The notes below the pieces were generated by a model that saw only the letters and a program-made list of their open reading frames with translations, was not told the DNA's origin and ran no database searches. From Chloroflexota bacterium (GTDB lineage Bacteria > Chloroflexota > Limnocylindria > P2-11E): a DNA stretch of 47,132 nt. Positions within the stretch are counted from its first letter, which is position 1. Every line of letters starts with the position of its first letter. The translations under genes and the position numbers were made by a program. This document shows, piece by piece, positions 43,578 through 47,132 of this stretch. Where the stretch lies: positions 1-47,132 of the forward strand of contig JACPEQ010000018.1 in the NCBI GenBank assembly GCA_016183435.1. Direction: 5' to 3'.

Positions 43578-45629
43578 ATAGAGGTCTCTCCGCCGCCCGC
43601 CTCGCCGCGCGAGACCGTCGTCGATCTCCTCCACGGCGAGCACATCGAGGACCCGTACCGCTGGCTCGAGGACCCGTCCAGCGAGCGCGTGCGCTCGTGG
43701 ACCAGCGCGCAGAACGCCCGCACGCGCGCGGTCCTGGACCGCATCCCGCAGCGCGCCCGGTTCGCCGCGCGACTCCGCGAGCTGCTCGCGGTCGGACTCA
43801 TGGATACCCCGCGGCCGGTCGCGGGGAAGCTGTTCCATCTGCGCCGTGAGGGGGAGCAGCGCCAGGTCGTCCTCTACGTGCGCGACGCGCTCCACGGGGA
43901 GGATCGCGCGCTCGTCGACCCGAACGGGCTCGATCCGGCGGGACTGACGACGATCGACTGGTGGTACCCGTCGCGCGACGGCGCACTCGTCGCGTATGGC
44001 CTCTCGCACGGGGGCACCGAGATGTCGACGCTCCACGTGATCGAGGTGGCGACCGGCCACGACACGGGCGAGCGCATCGAGCACACGCAGCGCGCGTCGG
44101 TCGCGTGGACGCGCGACGGGTTCTTCTACACCGCGCATCCCGCGGCCGGGACCGTCGCGCCCGGCGACGAGCACTACTTCAGCCGGGTGCGCCACCACCG
44201 GCTCGGGGACGATCCGGCACGCGACGAGGTCATCTTCGGAGAGGGGCGTCCAAAGGAGGACATCATCGCGGTGACGGCGTCGCCCGATGGCAGATGGACC
44301 GTCCTGCTGGCATACCACGGCTGGCTGCGCAACGACGCGTACCTTCTCGACGGCGAACGCCCCGAGCGCGGGATCCGCACGGTCATCGAGGGCGAGACCG
44401 CCCTGACCTACGCGTCTCCGATGAACGACCGGCTGTGGCTCGTCACCAACCTCGACGCGCCGAACTATCGCATCGTCGCTGCGTCGCCGGACGCGCCGTC
44501 CGAGTGGACGACGATCATCCCCGAAGGCGAGCATCCGATCGAAGGTCGCGCATTCACGCGCGATCGCATCGCCGTTCACACGCTCGAGCACGCGACCTCG
44601 CGCTTGACGATCTTCACCGCCGACGGCAGGCGCGAGCGCGATGTCGCGCTCCCCGGGGTCGGCTCCATCGACGCGATGCCCTTCGACACGGGCCTGCGCG
44701 CGGACCGGGAGGGAGACCTCGTCGTCTACCAGTGGCACTCGTTCGCGGATCCCGCGACCGCACACGCGCTCGACGTGCGGACGGGAGTCATCACTGAGAT
44801 CGCGCGCCTGCGCCGGCCGGCGGGGATCCCCGAGATCGTGGTCGATCGGACGCGCTACCGCTCGAAGGACGGGACCGAGGTGCCGATGTTCCTCATCCAC
44901 CGCGCGGACGTGCGCGCGACGGGATCCGTCCCGACCGTGCTCAACGGCTACGGCGGATTCAACGTCGCGCGCACTCCCGCGTACTCGGCGGCCACCGTGC
45001 TGTGGGCCGAGCAGGGCGGGCTGTTCGCGGTCGCGAACCTGCGCGGCGGCGCCGAATACGGCGAGCGCTGGCACCGCGACGGCATGCTCGCCAAGAAGCA
45101 GAACGTCTTCGACGACTTCCACGCGGCGGCCGAGCATCTGGCAGCGTCGGGCTGGACGCGCGCCGATCGCCTCGGCATCTGGGGCGGGTCGAACGGCGGG
45201 CTCCTCGTCGGCGCGGCCATGACCCAGCGCCCGGAGCTCTACGGCGCCGTCGTCTGCGCGGTGCCGCTGCTCGACATGCTCCGGTACCAGCACCTGCTCA
45301 TTGCGCGGCTGTGGATCGCGGAGTACGGATCCTCGGAGGACGCCGAGCAGTTCCGGTGGCTGCGCGCGTACTCGCCCTATCAGAACGTGCGCGCGGGACG
45401 TGCCTATCCGCCGATCCTGCTGACGACCGCCGAGGGCGACAGCCGGGTCGATCCGATGCACGCGAGGAAAATGGCGGCGCTCCTCCAGTGCGAGACGCAC
45501 ACCCTCGCGCTGCTGCGCGTCGACGTGGACGCCGGCCATGGGATCGGGAAGCCGCTGGACAAGCAGGTCGACGACGCCGCCGACTGGACGGCCTTCCTCG
45601 CGTGGAGGCTCGGCCTCGCTGAGGTCTAG
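43578..45629 (+). CDS. prolyl oligopeptidase family serine peptidase (S9A)
   Basis: N-terminal HGEHIEDPYRWLED, beta-propeller region, catalytic GGSNGGLL, and D/H in DSRVDPMHARK. The 5' limit is uncertain: the first ATG/GTG/TTG is GTG 43689, downstream of the conserved DPYRWLED (43650-43673). Confidence 0.88.
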   Translation: MEVSPPPASPRETVVDLLHGEHIEDPYRWLEDPSSERVRSWTSAQNARTRAVLDRIPQRARFAARLRELLAVGLMDTPRPVAGKLFHLRREGEQRQVVLYVRDALHGEDRALVDPNGLDPAGLTTIDWWYPSRDGALVAYGLSHGGTEMSTLHVIEVATGHDTGERIEHTQRASVAWTRDGFFYTAHPAAGTVAPGDEHYFSRVRHHRLGDDPARDEVIFGEGRPKEDIIAVTASPDGRWTVLLAYHGWLRNDAYLLDGERPERGIRTVIEGETALTYASPMNDRLWLVTNLDAPNYRIVAASPDAPSEWTTIIPEGEHPIEGRAFTRDRIAVHTLEHATSRLTIFTADGRRERDVALPGVGSIDAMPFDTGLRADREGDLVVYQWHSFADPATAHALDVRTGVITEIARLRRPAGIPEIVVDRTRYRSKDGTEVPMFLIHRADVRATGSVPTVLNGYGGFNVARTPAYSAATVLWAEQGGLFAVANLRGGAEYGERWHRDGMLAKKQNVFDDFHAAAEHLAASGWTRADRLGIWGGSNGGLLVGAAMTQRPELYGAVVCAVPLLDMLRYQHLLIARLWIAEYGSSEDAEQFRWLRAYSPYQNVRAGRAYPPILLTTAEGDSRVDPMHARKMAALLQCETHTLALLRVDVDAGHGIGKPLDKQVDDAADWTAFLAWRLGLAEV

Positions 45630-45639
45630 AGTTGAGGAA

Positions 45640-45990
45640 GTGAACATCCTCCGGCGTCTTCGTGAGGAAGCGAAGAAGTTCGACTGCAGCGTGTGCGGGA
45701 CGAACCACACCCGGTCGGACATCCGGGTGCTGGGAAAGCTCGACGCCGCCTGGATCGTCCGCGTGACGTGCTCGACCTGCTCGACGGCGTTCAAGCTCCT
45801 GGTCGTCGTCGAGGAGCAGAAGGCCGCGGTGACGCCGGTGAAGGAAGAGCGCCCGCGCGCCGGCCGGCGCGCGCCCATGACCAGCGATGACGTGCTCGAC
45901 GCCCACGAAACGCTGCGCGAGTTCCAAGGCGACGTGAGCGCCCTGTTCAAGCGCCCGGCGGCGACCGCCCGCGGATCGCGTCGCGACTAG
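45640..45990 (+). CDS. hypothetical zinc-ribbon protein (116 aa)
   Basis: GTG 45640 after GAGGAA. CSVC...CSTC pair. No family recognised. Confidence 0.5.
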   Translation: MNILRRLREEAKKFDCSVCGTNHTRSDIRVLGKLDAAWIVRVTCSTCSTAFKLLVVVEEQKAAVTPVKEERPRAGRRAPMTSDDVLDAHETLREFQGDVSALFKRPAATARGSRRD

Positions 45991-45997
45991 AGGCCGC

Positions 45998-47077
45998 GTG
46001 GCGAAGCAGAACGCGGTCGTGACGGGATACGGCTTCTACGCTCCCTCCCGCGTCGTCACGAACCTCGACCTCGAGAAGATGGGCGTGGGAACCTCGGACG
46101 AGTGGATCACGACCAGGACGGGGATCAAGGAGCGCCGGTTCGCCAGCGACGGTGAGACGACCTCGACCATGGCCACCCGCGCCGCGCGCATCGCCCTCGA
46201 ACGGGCGAGGCTGCGGCCGCAGGATCTCGACCTCGTCGTCCTTGGCACCTGCTCGCCGGACTACCTGTTCCCGGCCACTGCGTGCTTGGTCCAGACCGCC
46301 CTCGGGGCCGAGCGGGCGGGCGCATTCGACGTGGAGGCGGCCTGCACCTCCTTCGTCTCGGCGCTGGCGATCGCGAACGGGATGATCCTCGCGGGGAGCG
46401 CGCGGAACGCACTGGTCATCGGTGCCGAGTGCCTCTCGCACCTGCTCGACCTGAAGGACCGGACGACGTGCGTGCTCTTCGGCGACGGCGCCGGCGCCGT
46501 GGTGCTGGAGGCATCGAACGCCTCGGTGGGCGTCGAGTCGGCTGTCCTGCATGCCGACGGGTCCAAGGGCGACCTGCTGTGGGTGGAGGGCGGGGGCTCT
46601 CGCGTGCCGGCCACGAACGAGACGGTCGCGCAAGGCAAGCACTTCATCCGCATGCAGGGCGGAGAGACCTTCAAGCTCGCCGTGAAGTCGATGGCCGACG
46701 CCGCGGAGGAGGCCCTCGCCGAGGCCGGCGTCACCGCCGACGACATCGACATCATGATCCCGCACCAGGCCAACGTCCGGATCATCGACGCGGTCGTGAA
46801 GCGCCTGAAGTTCCCGGAAGAGAAGGTCTTCGTCAACATCCAGCGCTACGGGAACACGTCCGCGGCCTCGATCCCGATCGCCATCGCCGAGGCGGCGGAG
46901 CAGGGCCGCCTGAAGAAGGGCGACCGCGTGCTGCTCGTCGCCTTCGGCGGCGGCTTCACCTGGGGCGCCTCCGTCATGGAGTGGTGGGGGGTCCCGATCC
47001 CCGACCGCCGCGAGAAGACGATCGTCGAGCGCGCCGCTCGCACGGTCGAGGACGTCTTGGACAAGGTCCGCCCCTAG
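45998..47077 (+). CDS. fabH: beta-ketoacyl-ACP synthase III
   Basis: GYGFYAPSRVVTNLDLEK, DEWITTRTGIKERR, active-site EAACTSF, HQANVRI, GNTSAASIP. About 30-aa C-terminal tail beyond the usual end. Confidence 0.9.
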   Translation: MAKQNAVVTGYGFYAPSRVVTNLDLEKMGVGTSDEWITTRTGIKERRFASDGETTSTMATRAARIALERARLRPQDLDLVVLGTCSPDYLFPATACLVQTALGAERAGAFDVEAACTSFVSALAIANGMILAGSARNALVIGAECLSHLLDLKDRTTCVLFGDGAGAVVLEASNASVGVESAVLHADGSKGDLLWVEGGGSRVPATNETVAQGKHFIRMQGGETFKLAVKSMADAAEEALAEAGVTADDIDIMIPHQANVRIIDAVVKRLKFPEEKVFVNIQRYGNTSAASIPIAIAEAAEQGRLKKGDRVLLVAFGGGFTWGASVMEWWGVPIPDRREKTIVERAARTVEDVLDKVRP

Positions 47078-47132
47078 GCGATCCGGCGGCCGCCGGGCTA
47101 CGCCGTCGCCGCCGAGCTACGCTCGCGGAACG

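Noticed and set aside
46981-47077. About 30-aa C-terminal extension of FabH (WWGVPIPDRREKTIVERAARTVEDVLDKVRP)
   Set aside because: This is probably a lineage-specific tail. Nothing in the sequence suggests a separate domain or a frameshift.
47083-47096. Perfect 14-nt palindrome CCGGCGGCCGCCGG after fabH as a terminator
   Set aside because: It gives at most a 5-bp stem with a 4-nt loop and has no T-tract. That is too weak to call, and the window ends 36 nt later.

Overview
High-GC (by eye about 70%) bacterial chromosomal segment, gene-dense and mostly housekeeping or metabolic. I count about 55 supportable protein genes, one tRNA-Met(CAT) and the RNase P RNA. Recognisable content, in order:
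- a 5'-truncated aldehyde:ferredoxin oxidoreductase, fabI, a GNAT plus MBL-fold hydrolase pair, and a gamma-glutamyltransferase
- a 2-oxoacid dehydrogenase cluster (fused E1 alpha-beta, a separate E1 beta, E2) followed by lipA-lipB
- a GYD protein, DUF2203, a 7Fe ferredoxin, DUF309, a NifU-like protein and a dienelactone hydrolase
- an AtzG/GatC-like small ORF plus an amidase, and a Cu/Zn SOD lipoprotein
- glcD-glcE-glcF behind a MoaD-MoaE fusion, a CNNM/CorC protein and a flavin reductase
- parA-parB, a threonine dehydratase, RNase H, a kinase-like protein and a CHRD lipoprotein
- an ABC-2 exporter pair, acs, a prolyl oligopeptidase and fabH

Things worth a second look:
1. A translationally coupled three-gene operon (19729-24024, minus strand) encoding a stand-alone VirB11/PilT-like ATPase, a ChlI-like AAA+ ATPase and a large VWA protein, with no obvious client gene nearby.
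2. A GC-rich 85-127 nt repeat family with seven copies in 47 kb. Copies run into coding sequence (C-termini of two proteins, N-terminus of GlcF), one carries an in-frame 27-nt triplication, and two flank rnpB.
3. A second, 35-nt hairpin repeat with two copies.
4. A free-standing double-motif LAGLIDADG endonuclease gene next to a strikingly low-GC ferredoxin gene.
5. Several genes whose conserved N-termini lie upstream of any ATG/GTG/TTG: amidase, threonine dehydratase, prolyl oligopeptidase. The prolyl oligopeptidase is in frame with acs across a single TGA.
6. A promoter, hairpin and terminator-like leader upstream of the ABC transporter.

I found no CRISPR array, transposase, integrase or rRNA. 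All family assignments rest on motif recognition by eye, not on database searches.
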